From contig NIVC01000662.1 of NCBI GenBank assembly GCA_002269645.1, forward strand, positions 186,001-250,000: DNA of 64,000 nucleotides, in the 5' to 3' direction. The notes under the pieces were generated by a model. That model was not told the origin of the DNA, did no database searches, and saw only the letters and a list, made by a program, of their open reading frames with translations. Below are positions 36,360-49,045 of this stretch, piece by piece. A program made the translations under genes and the position numbers. Source of the stretch: Macrostomum lignano. Taxonomy: Eukaryota. Each line of letters begins with the position of its first letter. Position 1 is the stretch's first letter.

Positions 36360-37116
36360 CAGTAGAACTACCAAGAGGGGGGAAAATTCCCCCCCCCCTG
36401 ACAATTTTTTTGCTGCGCCGGAACGGAGCAACGCAGGCACACGAAATTCAAAAACACGGGCTAACTTTTGTTGCGCACCTTCTCAAACAAGAATCAAGTC
36501 GCCAGCTGTCCGAACCATCAAGATATTCGACAACTCTGCCAGAAGGTCGGATTTTCCCATAAGCGCTAGTGTATTCAGTACAACCCATGTGCGACAATTA
36601 GCACTGCGCCTCAGTGCAGCCTTGCCAAGCCTCCAAGTTTCATCAGCACGTCGACCACATGTGTCTGCATCAGTTCTGACTTCGTTGGTCACTAGCCTTC
36701 ACCCAGATGGAGCTTCTGGGCCCTCAACAGGTGGCACCAGGTGACTATGGACATTCTGTTGCAAATGTCAGGTTTTTCTAATCAAGCTTCAATAATGGGC
36801 AAACCTCAACTGCTGGACATCCTCAGCTAGTCAGTCAAGCATTCAGCCATCACCCCGATGCCGTCGGCACCTTCAACAGGTGGCATCAGGGGAGTAAGGA
36901 AACCTGACATATTTGCAACAGGGTGTCCATAGTCACCTGGTGTAATCTGTTGAAGGAGCCGACGGCGTCGGGATGATGACGGAATGCTTGAGAGACTAGC
37001 TGAGAATGTCTGGCGGTTGATTCTTGCCCACTGTCGAGGCTTGATCGGCGAAACTAGAGAAATCCCCCCCCTCTTGGTAGTTCGACGGGCGGAAAAATGG
37101 CTTGGCATTCCTACTG
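36360..37116. mobile_element. Putative non-autonomous DNA transposon flanked by TTAA, in BARD1 intron 2
   Basis: TTAA at 36356-36359 and 37117-37120. Termini CAGTAG...CTACTG, subterminal inverted gaactaccaagagggggg, internal inverted repeats at 36721-37020. Confidence 0.5.
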
Positions 37117-37136
37117 TTAACTAACAGCAATCTAAC

Positions 37137-37421
37137 CTGCAACAGAGTCTCCCCTTTGCGATTCCGTTTATCAATATTGCCGATGCTCCGTTGAGAATAA
37201 TTCAGTCCGGGACTCTGCGATATGCGCGCCTCCTTGGCCAACCGTCTGCCGGTGCGGGGCGCGGTGGCTGCAGTTGGCGCATTGGCCGGCGCGCGCTCTT
37301 GCAGTGGCGTCACGGGCGGACTGCAGCTGGATTTCATAGCGGACTTTCTTTCACCAGTTTGAGACTGGGCTGCTGCCGGCTTTTTCTGCTCTTTGCGATT
37401 GCTTCCGCCTGCGGCTTTCTT
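37137..37421 (-). CDS. BARD1: BARD1, exon 2 (linker to ankyrin start)
   Basis: Phase-0 acceptor ccattgcag. Ends IDKRNRKGETLLQ|GT, matching BARD1 KRNHRGETLLH. Confidence 0.82.
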
Positions 37422-37769
37422 CTGCAATGGTGGCGGTAGGGGTTGAAAGAGCGCTGGTTCTTTTGTGCCATCTAGGCATGCCATGACATGTCGAAATTAA
37501 AAATGGCATAACAATTTTTTGCCATTATGCCATTGCCAAATTGCCAATGCTGAATCCCCAATTCCAAATATCAGTTTTGCTTTTAAACTTGTTCAAATAT
37601 TACCTTTTTTGTTGTGACAGTTGCATGACTTACAATTTGCACTTTACGATCAACGGCAAGTTGCATTTCATTATTTTACATTTTGTCAATGGCAAGTTAA
37701 AACTGAAAATGGCGCAACGATTTTGACGAAAAAAAACCAGGAAAGGCGAAATGCTTATTGAAGAGTGGG

Positions 37770-39905
37770 TTGGAGGGGATTCTAATGGAGGGTTTAAGGG
37801 GATTCTAATGGAGGGTTTATGGGAATCTAATGGAGGGTTTAAGAGGATTCTAATGGTGGGTTTAAGAGGATTCTAATGACGGGTGTATGGGGATTCTAAT
37901 GACGGGTTTAAGGGGATTCTAATGACCGGTGTATGGGGATTCTAATGGTGGGTTTAAGGGGATTCTAATGACGGGTGTATGGGGATTCTAATGGTGGGTT
38001 TAAGGGGATTCTAATGACCGGTGTATGGGGATTCTAATGGTGGGTTTAAGGGGATTCTAATGACGGGTGTATGGGGATTCTAATGGTGGGTTTAAGAGGA
38101 TTCTAATGACGGGTGTATGGGGATTCTAATGGTGGGTTTAAGAGGATTCTAATGACGGGTGTATGGGGATTCTAATGACGGGTTTAAGGGGATTCTAATG
38201 ACGGGTGTATGGGGATTCTAATGGTGGGTTTAAGAGGATTCTAATGACGGGTGTATGGGGATTCTAATGGTGGGTTTAAGAGGATTCTAATGATGGGTTT
38301 AAGGAGATTCTAATGACGGGTGTATGGGGATTCTAATGACGGGTGTATGGGGATTCTAATAACGGGTTTAAGGGGATTCTAATGGTGGGTTAAAGGGGAT
38401 TCTAATGACGGTTTATGGGGATTCTAATGGAGGGTTTAAGGGGATTCTAATGACGGGTTTAAGGGGATTCTAATGGTGGGTTTAAGGGGATTCTAATGGT
38501 GGGTTTAAGGGGATTCTTAATAACGGGTTTAAGGGGATTCTAATGGTGGGTTTAAGGGGATTCTAATGACGGGTTTAAGGGGATTCTAATGGTGGGTTTA
38601 AGGGGATTCTAATAGTGGGTTTAAGAGGATTCTTAATAACGGGTTTAAGGGGATTCTAATGGTGGGTTAAAGGGGATTTTAATGACGGTTTAAGGGGATT
38701 CTAATGACGGTTTATGGGGATTCTAATGACGGGTTTAAGGGGATTTTAATGGTGGGTTTAAGGGGATTCTAATGACGGTTTATGGGGATTCTAATGGAGG
38801 GTTTAAGGGGATTCTAATGGAGGGTTTAATGGGATTCTAATGGAGGGTTTAAGAGGATTCTAATGACGGGTGTATGGGGATTCTAATGGTGGGTTTAAGG
38901 GGATTCTAATGATGGGTTTAAGGGGATTCTAATAGTGGGTTTAAGAGGATTCTTAATAACGGGTTTAAGGGGATTCTAATGGTGGGTTAAAGGGGATTCT
39001 AATGACGGTTTATGGGGATTCTAATGGAGGGTTTAAGGGGATTCTAATGACGGGTTTAAGGGGATTCTAATGGTGGGTTTAAGGGGATTCTTAATAACGG
39101 GTTTAAGGGGATTCTAATGGTGGGTTTAAGGGGATTCTAATGGTGGGTTTAAGGGGATTCTAATGACGGTTTATGGGGATTCTAATGGAGGGTTTAAGGG
39201 GATTCTAATGGAGGGTTTAATGGGATTCTAATGGAGGGTTTAAGAGGATTCTAATGACGGGTGTATGGGGATTCTAATGGTGGGTTTAAGGGGATTCTAA
39301 TGATGGGTTTAAGGGGATTCTAATAGTGGGTTTAAGAGGATTCTTAATAACGGGTTTAAGGGGATTCTAATGGTGGGTTAAAGGGGATTCTAATGACGGT
39401 TTATGGGGATTCTAATGGAGGGTTTAAGGGGATTCTAATGACGGGTTTAAGGGGATTCTAATGGTGGGTTTAAGGGGATTCTTAATAACGGGTTTAAGGG
39501 GATTCTAATGGTGGGTTTAAGGGGATTCTAATGGTGGGTTTAAGGGGATTCTAATGACGGGTTTAAGGGGATTCTAATAGTGGGTTTAAGAGGATTCTTA
39601 ATAACGGGTTTAAGGGGATTTTAATGGTGGGTTTAAGGGGATTCTAATGACGGGTTTATGGGGATTCTAATGGAGGGTTTAAGGGGATTCTAATGACGGG
39701 TCTATGGGGATTCTAATGGTGTGTTTAAGAGGATTCTAATGACAGGTTTAAGGGGATTCTAATGGTGGCTTTAAGAGGATTCTTAATAACGGGTTTAAGG
39801 GGATTCTAATGGTGGGTTTAAGAGGATTCTTAATAACGGGTTTAAGGGGATTCTAATGAAGGGTTTATGGGGATTCTAATAAAGGGTTAAATGGGATTCT
39901 AATGA
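37770..39905. repeat. 23-bp G-rich minisatellite, about 2.1 kb, in BARD1 intron 1
   Basis: Unit ggggattctaatggtgggtttaa and variants. Confidence 0.96.
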
Positions 39906-39977
39906 TGGGTTGGAGGGTATTCTACCCGTAATCGCTGAGCTTCAAAGCCGTCAGTATAGGGCAAAGAATACACTCAC

Positions 39978-40586
39978 AATGCTAGACGTGGTTTTCTTGT
40001 CCTCTCGCTGCTGCTCCGGTGTGGCAGGCGGCGTAACAGCAGCAACAGAAATCCTACCAGACTGCCGCTTCTTCTGCTTGCTAATCTTTACCGGCGGTGT
40101 AGCCGCCGCCTCAGCCGACTCCTGTTCTTCCTCCTTTGTTGTTTCCTCGGCAGTGCAAGCCTCGTCATTACCCGCATCGTCTCGCTTGGCCGTCGCTCCG
40201 CGTTTCCTACTAGCAGGGCCAGACAGTTTCTGCAGCAGGGGTATCAGGCTGCGCATTTGTTCGATAGACGAGTGGACTAGCTGGTCTTCTGCACCTTCAT
40301 CTAGCCGACCGGCCAGACTCCAGACTAGTGACAGAACTTCAGTAAGCGTGTCGGAATTCTGTATAGACTTTGAGCCGCCCCTGACCAGACTTTTGCACTC
40401 TGGACAGTGGAATGCGCCGTTTGGTCGCTTGCAAGACAGGCAGTTTGTACAGATTGAGTGGCCGCAGGGCAGCACCTGGGTGGCGGGGCTGTCTGCGGTG
40501 CAACAGTCGCTGCCTGAGCAGCAGGATGTGGCCTGGATTACCGAGCTCAGCGTCTTGCGCAAGTTCCACCATTCAGATAGTGACAT
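39978..40586 (-). CDS. BARD1: BARD1, exon 1 (RING finger and linker)
   Basis: ATG at 40586. RING ligands PCGHSICTNC...CPEC. Phase-0 donor ATT|GTGAGT. The full join gives a 678-aa RING-ANK-BRCT-BRCT protein. Confidence 0.85.
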
Positions 40587-40713
40587 TGCTATTGGTGGCT
40601 GAAAGATCAATTGAAATTAAAGGATTTATTCTGTATAGAATTTTTATACAATACTATAGGTGAGTGTATTTTAGCTATCTGCGCTCATATAACTAAATCC
40701 ACAGATAGACAGT

Positions 40714-41358
40714 CAGGCGCGTCGCCACTAGGGGGGGGGGGACAGGGCGGACATGTCCCCCCAGTAAAATCTCTGGGGGGACATGCCAATGCTTTATCTT
40801 CCCCACCCCACCTTGTGACTCGTGGTAATCAATAATTTTTCTTTAGGGCGCCAAAATATAGCGCCTTTGGCGCCAAAATTAGTGCCTGCGGCGCTAAAAG
40901 AAATGCCTACGGCCATACATGCGCAACCTTGGGAATCACCCGGCCGTTTCTACTGGCAAAACATACATGTAAGTCGCTATTGGCTGAGAGCAGTCACGTG
41001 ACTACCATTCCGTCCAATAGCGACTTACATGTGTGTGTTGCCAATAGAAACAGCCGGATGAATCCCAAAGTTGCGCCCAACCATGCCTACGGCGCCAAAA
41101 TGAGTGCCTGCGGGGCTAAAATGAGTGCCTGCTGCGCTAAAAGGAATGCCTACGGCGCTAAAAGGAATGCCTACAGCGCCAATACGAGTGCCTGCGGCGC
41201 TAAAATGAGTGCTTGCGGTGCTAAACTGAGTACCTGCGGCAACAAAATGAGCGCTGACAACATGATTCTCACAAAAATGGAAATGTAGGAATTTAGTCAT
41301 GAGCATGTTGAATTCTTGGCTTTGAGCCCCAACCATAAAATTCATGGCGACGTCCCTG
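40714..41358. mobile_element. hAT-type non-autonomous element (MITE) upstream of BARD1
   Basis: Termini caggcgcgtcgcca...tggcgacgtccctg. 8-bp TSD tagacagt (40706-40713) versus tagtcagt (41359-41366). Internal 21-bp repeats (gtgcctgcggcgctaaaatga) and a long palindrome. Confidence 0.7.
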
Positions 41359-41964
41359 TAGTCAGTTAGACAGGGTTGCGCAACTCGTCCAACACTTCTA
41401 TGTTAACGTTCATAGAAGTGGCATAAAAATACAGAATTTATGGCATTTAATTTTTAGCTGTCAAAATAGCAAATAATTTTGTACTTTGTATCTCTTGATA
41501 TATTCTGCTCTCAATCAAATCTCAGCTTTCATTTTATGCTTATGGTCTAATTTTGCTTTTCCAATTATTCAAATTATACTTAGACTTCAATTCAAGGATA
41601 GAACATGGTTCCATCCAAGATTAAATTATCTCTTTTGTCATTAGTTAAAAAAGTTGACTATATCATTTTTCAATATACTCATTGTTTATACTGTCTATTT
41701 ACATTTTTGTATACTAGAGTTTTTTCCCATCAAGGCCATGGATAAATGATATCACAGATTGCTTATCTGAAAAATTCCTGTAGTCCCTACCCACCCCAAT
41801 ATTGGGATAGTCTCTATTTCAATTAGATTGGCTATGTGCATTTATTAATATTTACTCTGATTCAACTATATTAGTATTAGTTTGAATGCTAAAGCACTAT
41901 AAAAATCTTGCCTTGAGAGTTTGGATTTTGTTTTCTTTCATTTTTGGACTTCAGGGACATTGCA

Positions 41965-41974
41965 CACACACACA

Positions 41975-42038
<64 letters not shown>
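41965..42038. repeat. (CA)n(CT)n microsatellite
   Basis: Direct reading. Confidence 0.95.
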
Positions 42039-42040
<2 letters not shown>

Positions 42041-42797
42041 AACAGCATAACTTAGTATGAAAAGGTAAGCAACCCAATGCTGCGAAGATAATGCAATTTT
42101 AACAATTTCTAGTGTGCCACTGAACTTAGCTAAAAGAGTAGAGTAGTACAAAGCTTTTGAAAGCTATAGAAAACATTTTATTTGCTGAGTGGGTTTGTCT
42201 TGGCTGCCTTTCTAGGCAGAGTATAATATCTATCTTTAATATCAAGAGTGACAAATATGAGGACATATTTTAACTCAGTATTAAAAAATCTTGAGATATC
42301 ACTCACAAGTTCACCTTTTCACTAAGCCTCAATGACCAATGTCTCATTTTGTCTTGTTATTGTTATATAAAAAAGATTTATTAGTTTGCTAGCTTAAAAA
42401 CTATTTTTCATGCTTTGGTCCTTAAGATAGCAGTCACTACTTTCATAAAAATGTCAAAATTAAAAGCCTATAATCTAAACAAGTTTAAAACAAGTATTGC
42501 CATTGAATAAAGACTAGTTTAAACATATTGTACATATAATAATAGACATTTAATGTTCTAAAGAAATTGGTAATTATAAAAAAATAGGAAAAAATGAATC
42601 ATTTGAATTTCATTTAAGCTAAAAACCAATAGGTTTTCCATATGCATAGATACAATTTTTTTATTTGTTTACAAATTTATTAATTAGTAAAGGATGGACA
42701 AGCAGAAATTTTGGTCAGCATGAAAATTTTTGAAATTTTCAAAGTCAGGTATGATTGCGATTGTGAATATGAATTTATATTAATATTAATAGTTATA

Positions 42798-43725
42798 CAA
42801 GGGTTGTGTCATAAATTTGCTGACAACTGCAAATATCAAAGAAACAAAACAAAGAACAGCTAATTGTCAACATTGCACTTCTCAAAATAGTCACCCCCAA
42901 GCTGCACACATTTGTGCCATCTCTCCACCGGTCATAGCCACACGGTGGCCATGCGCTTACCTGCTGACTGCACCGCCTTGGCCTTGACCGGTGGGGGTTC
43001 GTGAGTAGCCTTCCAGACGCTGCTCTGCTGTTTTGTTTCCGGTTTATAGAAGTGAAACCACGTTTCATCACCAGTCACCAGGCGGCCAAGAAAGTTGGGC
43101 TCGTTTTGATAGGTGTTGAGCAGGTGGCGGCACATCTGGACCCTCTCTTGCAGTTGGACAGGAGTCAGCAGTTTAGGGACCCATCGTGCAACAACTCGTG
43201 TCATATGCAGATGGTTGGAGATGATGCGATGAATGCTCTTCATTGGTATCGCCAACAAGTCCTCTAACTGCCTCAGGGTTGCTCCATGATCATCGTCCAG
43301 GGCATGCTGCACACGCTGGATGTTGTCACTGGAAGTGGATGACCGCGGTGCACCTGGGCAGGGAGCATCATCAACTGTCTCCTAGCCGTCCTCAAAGCGC
43401 TGCACCCACTTTGACACAGTTTGTTTCGAAGGTGCATCCTCACCAAAGATTTGCAGCAGCTCGCAGTAAATATCAGCCTGCTTCTTCTGCTGCTTCCACA
43501 ATGACCAAATGACAGTGCACTTGGCAGCTTCACTTTTCTCCATACTGGCTAGAAGGGTGGTTTGAATGCCACTCGATTTCTGCCTTATCTCAAAAGCCAG
43601 AGGGAAGATTTTCCATAGACAATAAGATTGATGGTGCCTTAGTCTGTAACAAAAAATTCTGCCCCAAAGTACAAAAGAAACAGACGCTATGTAAGTTTGT
43701 CAGCGAATTTATGACACAACCCTCA
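42798..43725 (-). mobile_element. Internally deleted Tc1/mariner (mariner-type) transposon
   Basis: 29-bp TIRs caagggttgtgtcataaatttgctgacaa / ttgtcagcgaatttatgacacaaccctca, with TA on the left flank. Transposase remnant inside. Confidence 0.9.
42860..43543 (-). pseudogene. Mariner transposase pseudogene
   Basis: ATG at 43543, in-frame TAG at 43382-43384, motifs WVPKLL and VTGDETW, then a jump to the C-terminal RWHKCVQLGGDYFEK in another frame. The rest of the DDD catalytic core is deleted. Confidence 0.88.
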
Positions 43726-46700
43726 TCAAAAATCTGAATTATAGGCCTACTCCTGCCAAATTCATGTTAAAATAAACACTGTGTTATAACTGCAACTTGT
43801 ATATAATTTTATTTCTAAATTTAGACTTTACAATACATTTAAAAACAATCTTTTCATTCTCTTTCATTTACTATGACAATGTGTATTATAAGCTTATAAG
43901 TTACAAGTATAGAAAATAACAAAACAAGAAAAGAAACCACTATATATTAGATAATAGATACTCAGTAATGCTGTAAAGTCAACAAATATAAAATATACTA
44001 TTGCTTTACTCATTTGTGTTCACATTTTTATTTCAGTAAATCAAATAGAAAAGTTATAATTTAAAAAAAATAAGCAGAAATTCATGACCTCATAAATGCA
44101 TTTCAAAGAAATCACAATTATGAAAAAATGGCTGTAAATTCATAAAATAATGATCACAATTATGATCACATCCAACCCCTATTAATTTGTTTAGTTTGTT
44201 TACTGAAACTAATATTAAAAATTATAAAGCTATATAACAAAAAATATAAATATAGGCCTACTTACAATAATATTATTGTTATTAAATGATATGAAAGATT
44301 TCTATGTAGTAGTATGTGGACATACCCTTTGGCTTTGGTAATAGCCATTTTGTTTTTAAATAGTTAATTACTTTATCTTAAGGGATATTGAACCTTAACT
44401 TTTATAATTTTCTGCAATGGTTAAGTATTGCTTTATTCAATTTTGTTTATTTATAATTCTAAAGTTGCGATCTTTTGAATTTATGTTTTCCAATCCAAAT
44501 CTAATTATATCTTTGCTTTTCTTGTAGTTGGCATTTTATTACCTCAGTACTGGTGGAGGATTGTCGATCAATAGCGTACACAGGAGATACATTGAAAAAT
44601 CGGCCTCCAATGAAATTTCATTATGAATAGATTCTCTATAGGTTTATGGTATATGTGTCTAAATATTTTGGGAAAATTCAAAATGATTTGCACAAAAAAA
44701 CCATAGACCTATAATTAGTTTGATTTTTTTCTTACATATACTAATATTAATAATCTTTTTACAGAAATTTTTAAATATGAACAAAACATAAATCTAAATA
44801 TGAACAAAACACAAAATAATTACAACTACAAGCTAATATTTTGAAGCACCTCCTATCACTAAAATGATTATACTCATGAAATCTTTAATTTTTTTATCAA
44901 AAATGAAATGTGTTTATAACAAAAGCAACTTGTAACCGAAACAACTATATGTCACCCAGGGTCAGGATCGTGTACTGCTGTACACTGGAACAAAAATTGC
45001 TTCTGTAGCTCATGCATGCCAATGTGCCAACGAACTTTTTATTGCATACAAAAATACGCCAAGATAAAAATAACAAACTACAACTAATATTAAAAGCTTG
45101 CAAAATTTTAATATTCAAACAACCTATGTGTTAAAACTAAAAATCTTTTTACTAAACTGTAAAGAAGTAGTTCACTTTAACTATTTTGGTTTTACTTTTA
45201 TTTTCTTGGAAAAGTTAAACCTGGTTTTTTAAATTTAGTTTTCCGTTTTTTTTGTAACGGGCTGGCTATTCTTTCTGATCAAAACTTAGCTATATTGTAA
45301 CTATGTACATGGAAACTATGCCAAATGCAAACTCAATCATTTTTGTATGCTAATTATATAGATTGATTGTTGGGACTCGGAACTTTTGGTCCCACATGCT
45401 GGTCTCGGCAATCTTTATATGCCAAGCTGTATGCCAAGAGGGCACACTAGGCGCCTTTGTATGCCAATGTGTAATCCAGGTCCCTCTGTACGCCAGAAAA
45501 TTCTGGCGTACATGTATACCATCCAGAGTCTGGTATGTCACCAAAATTTCTGTCACCAAAACGACTTGTCACTAAAACGATTAGTACCCATATTTGTATA
45601 GGCCTTAGTCATAAATGTACCGAGTCTCAAATTTTATCAAGTCTAGCAACTATGAGTGACTATTGACTAGCCCATATTGCAATTTTACACCCTAAGATTA
45701 AAGAATCAAGATTATTAGATTAAAATGTCATGCATATTGCAGGTACATTTCATAGCCAAAATTATACTAAGATCAAGAGAAGGGGGACAAAGACTTTAAA
45801 TTATCTCCAATGCTAGCACTGGAAGCAATTAGCAAAATACAAAAGCAGTAAAAAATTGCCTCCCTCCAGGTGGCAGGGGAGCATGTCCCCAGTGTCCCCC
45901 CTTTGGTTATATCCTTGGCTGTCAGTGCTCATCTTGTTGATTCTTGTCTTTCCTCTTGTTTCTTGGTTATGATTTTATATTCAGTCCCTGACAGTCACAA
46001 AGAAACACGGCCAAGTATGACTAAAAATATTGAATACTAAGCTTAGTTTAACTGGTCAAGTAGAAAGGTACTAGTAAAAAAAGAATTTTACATTTTACAT
46101 TAAATAATACATCAATAATTTTTTTAAAAATTAAATCTTAAGTCGAAAAAAGCATCTTAAGGAGTTGAAAGTTAAATTTTGATGAAAAACAAAATGGCAA
46201 TAGAATATTTTATCAGGAAATAAATACTGCAGTCTCCACGCCAAGCATGTTTTTATTATTTCAGGTACATTTATTTTTAGCATATGAGCTCGCGCATGCA
46301 TGCACGCATATAATTTTAAATGTGGCGTTTGTAAAGAATTTGACTTTAAAACAAAGACTGTTACTTACAATTTTAAAGAGCCGTTTGGATCTACTTTATC
46401 AAAGCAAAAAAGGCCAGATAGAAAATACAAGATTATTATTTTAACAGTTTACTTCATACCACGATGAACATACGTAATTAATTTTATAGATGGACGTTCT
46501 TCAATTGATCAAAGGCCAACTAAGTTCTTAATTACATCTGATCTTAATTAGTCAACTTTCATCGACTAAGGACACTTTTTCTTTCACTGTACGAGCCTAA
46601 AAAAGCAAGGCCGCGGTTGGGTTTGCAACAATTCATTGCATTAGCTCGTATGAACGTGCTTACAACTGAGAGGCGCAATTTCTTACAACTGAGTGTATGA

Positions 46701-48269
46701 ATATAAAGAATGAACTGTTTAGAGTCGAAAGTAATTAATTGTATGCCTTACCGCTCTGTTTTTAATACATAAAAACAGGAGATACACTAAATACAATAAA
46801 ATATAGAGAAAAATCATTGGAAGAAAGTACGTTCCACTGAAGCAAATTACTATAAAAGCGTCTACTTGGAGGAAAAAAGCGATGTTCTCCGCTCACTTAC
46901 TAAAAATACGGGGAGAAATCTTATTAGAAACACGCACACAGTATAAAACAGCACAACATTAACATGCCTCGCTATCACGACAGATTCGTGACAGAGAGGA
47001 CCTTGAAATTTTCTTTACTTCTGATCTTTTTTATATTTTTCTAAAAGTACTATCCACTGCTTGAGCTTTTGTCCTTTTGAAGCTCGAATTGCATGTATAT
47101 TTGACCCTCATATGCAATCAGTGCATGCATTTTCTGGATTTGTAGTCGCTATGATTCTAGTAGAACTTAGAAATCGAAGTAAGGGTTAATTGAAATTAAT
47201 TGTAATTCATATTGATCGGGTAGAATCAAGACAAGACTTTTTGTCTAGGCGAATGATTTATTAAGAGATGATTATCCAACTTTATAAATCACTAATAGAG
47301 AGACAGCATGCATTACCTTACCTCTATTTAGGTAAGTGATGGCCTTCTGTGACAGCAGAGCAGCTCAGCGATAAACGCGTCTGACTCTCGCGCCACGATC
47401 CCTGCTGCAGATCACATTCAGTTGGGGCAATTGTGCACGAAAATTGGCCTTGGCTTGTTGTGCGCGATTCACACCTATAATGGCCAGCCCCTAAGGCGCA
47501 GAGAGTGTACATGACTGACAATTAGAAAGTCAGGGCCGCTGTGCACCCTGTGTGAGGGTGTGTACATGAGTGCGTGTCTGCATACAGTACCTGCGGGCGC
47601 TTCACGTGCTCAGGAGTCAGCGGAACCGAGGCAGAATTGCCTGATCGGAGCTGGTTCTGGGACGCTGTCGCCGAAGGTACGACATTAGCCCGCAGGAAAT
47701 TTGCTCGAGGGAGGTTATATCCCGCTTTGCCCACAGACATTTGGCGCTCTAATTACAGTATAACCATTAAGCCCAAGACAGAATTACTAGTGTTTAAACT
47801 TGGTATTACCGGTAGATAATAATGTAATCATAATCATCGTTATTAGCATATAGTGCGCATTTCTGCGATGAGACTGCAGGACAGCTGGAGCAGATCAGGT
47901 TACTACTACAGGATAACAACGGAAATTGTGTTTTCATACTCGAGATTTGGTCGCAGTTTTTACTAAGGAATTGCGTTCCGCTGATTGACTGAATTGACTG
48001 CCAAATTACCTGCAATGGATTGGAGTTTTGTAAAATCTAGCTCTTTGTGAGTCTGCACGTGTGAATGGAGTTTGAAAAGGTTGGAACTATTTGAGGAACT
48101 GCACTATCGAGAAGAAAAAATCAAGGAAATACATCATCCTGAACAGGCAGTGAAGTCTTTTATGATTTAAACCATGCATAACAATGTAACTGGACAGTTA
48201 AATGTCTGCAAGAAAGTTTCATACGGGCCAATGTCATAGACACGTCCACAAAAATGTTACGCCAGGGTG

Positions 48270-49045
48270 CCCACAATCCTCCTGCGAGTATCTATTTTAC
48301 TGGATCATAAAGTTACTGGAACTACAGCAGTACTCGAGCATCAAGTGACAGGAAATACAGCAGTACTCGAGCATCAAGCGACAGGAAATACAGCAGCACT
48401 CGAGCATCAAGTGACTGGAACTACAGCAGTACTCGAGCATCCAGTGACTGAAACTAAAGCAGCACTCGAGCATCAAGTGACTGGAACTACAGCAGCACTC
48501 GAGCATCAAGCGACAGGAACTACAGCAGTACTCGAGCATCAAGCGACAGGAACTACAGCAGCACTCGAGCATCAAGTGACTGAAACTACAGCAGCACTCC
48601 AGCATCATCAAGTGACTGGAACTACAGCAGCACTCGAGCATCATCAAGTGACTGGAACTACAGCAGCACTCCAGCATCATCAAGTGACTGAACTACAGCA
48701 GCACTCGAGCATCATCAAGTGACTGGAACTACAGCAGCACTCGAGCATCATCAAGTGACTGGAACTACAGCAGCACTCGAGCATCATCAAGTGACTGGAA
48801 CTACAGCAGCACTCCAGCATCATCAAGTGACTGGAACTACAGCAGCACTCGAGCATCATCAAGTGACTGGAACTACAGCAGCACTCCAGCATCATCAAGT
48901 GACTGGAACTACAGCAGCACTCCAGCATCATCAAGTGACTGGAACTACAGCAGCACTCCAGCATCATCAAGTGACTGGAACTACAGCAGCACTCCAGATC
49001 ATCAAGTGACTGGAACTACAGCAGTACTCGAGCATCAAGTGCCTG
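48270..49045. repeat. 33/36-bp minisatellite
   Basis: Unit (cat)catcaagtgactggaactacagcagcactcgag. Confidence 0.93.

Noticed and set aside
47574-47819. ORF containing SWFWDAV, reminiscent of the HECT WFW motif
   Set aside because: The flanking residues do not fit HECT and no partner exons were found.
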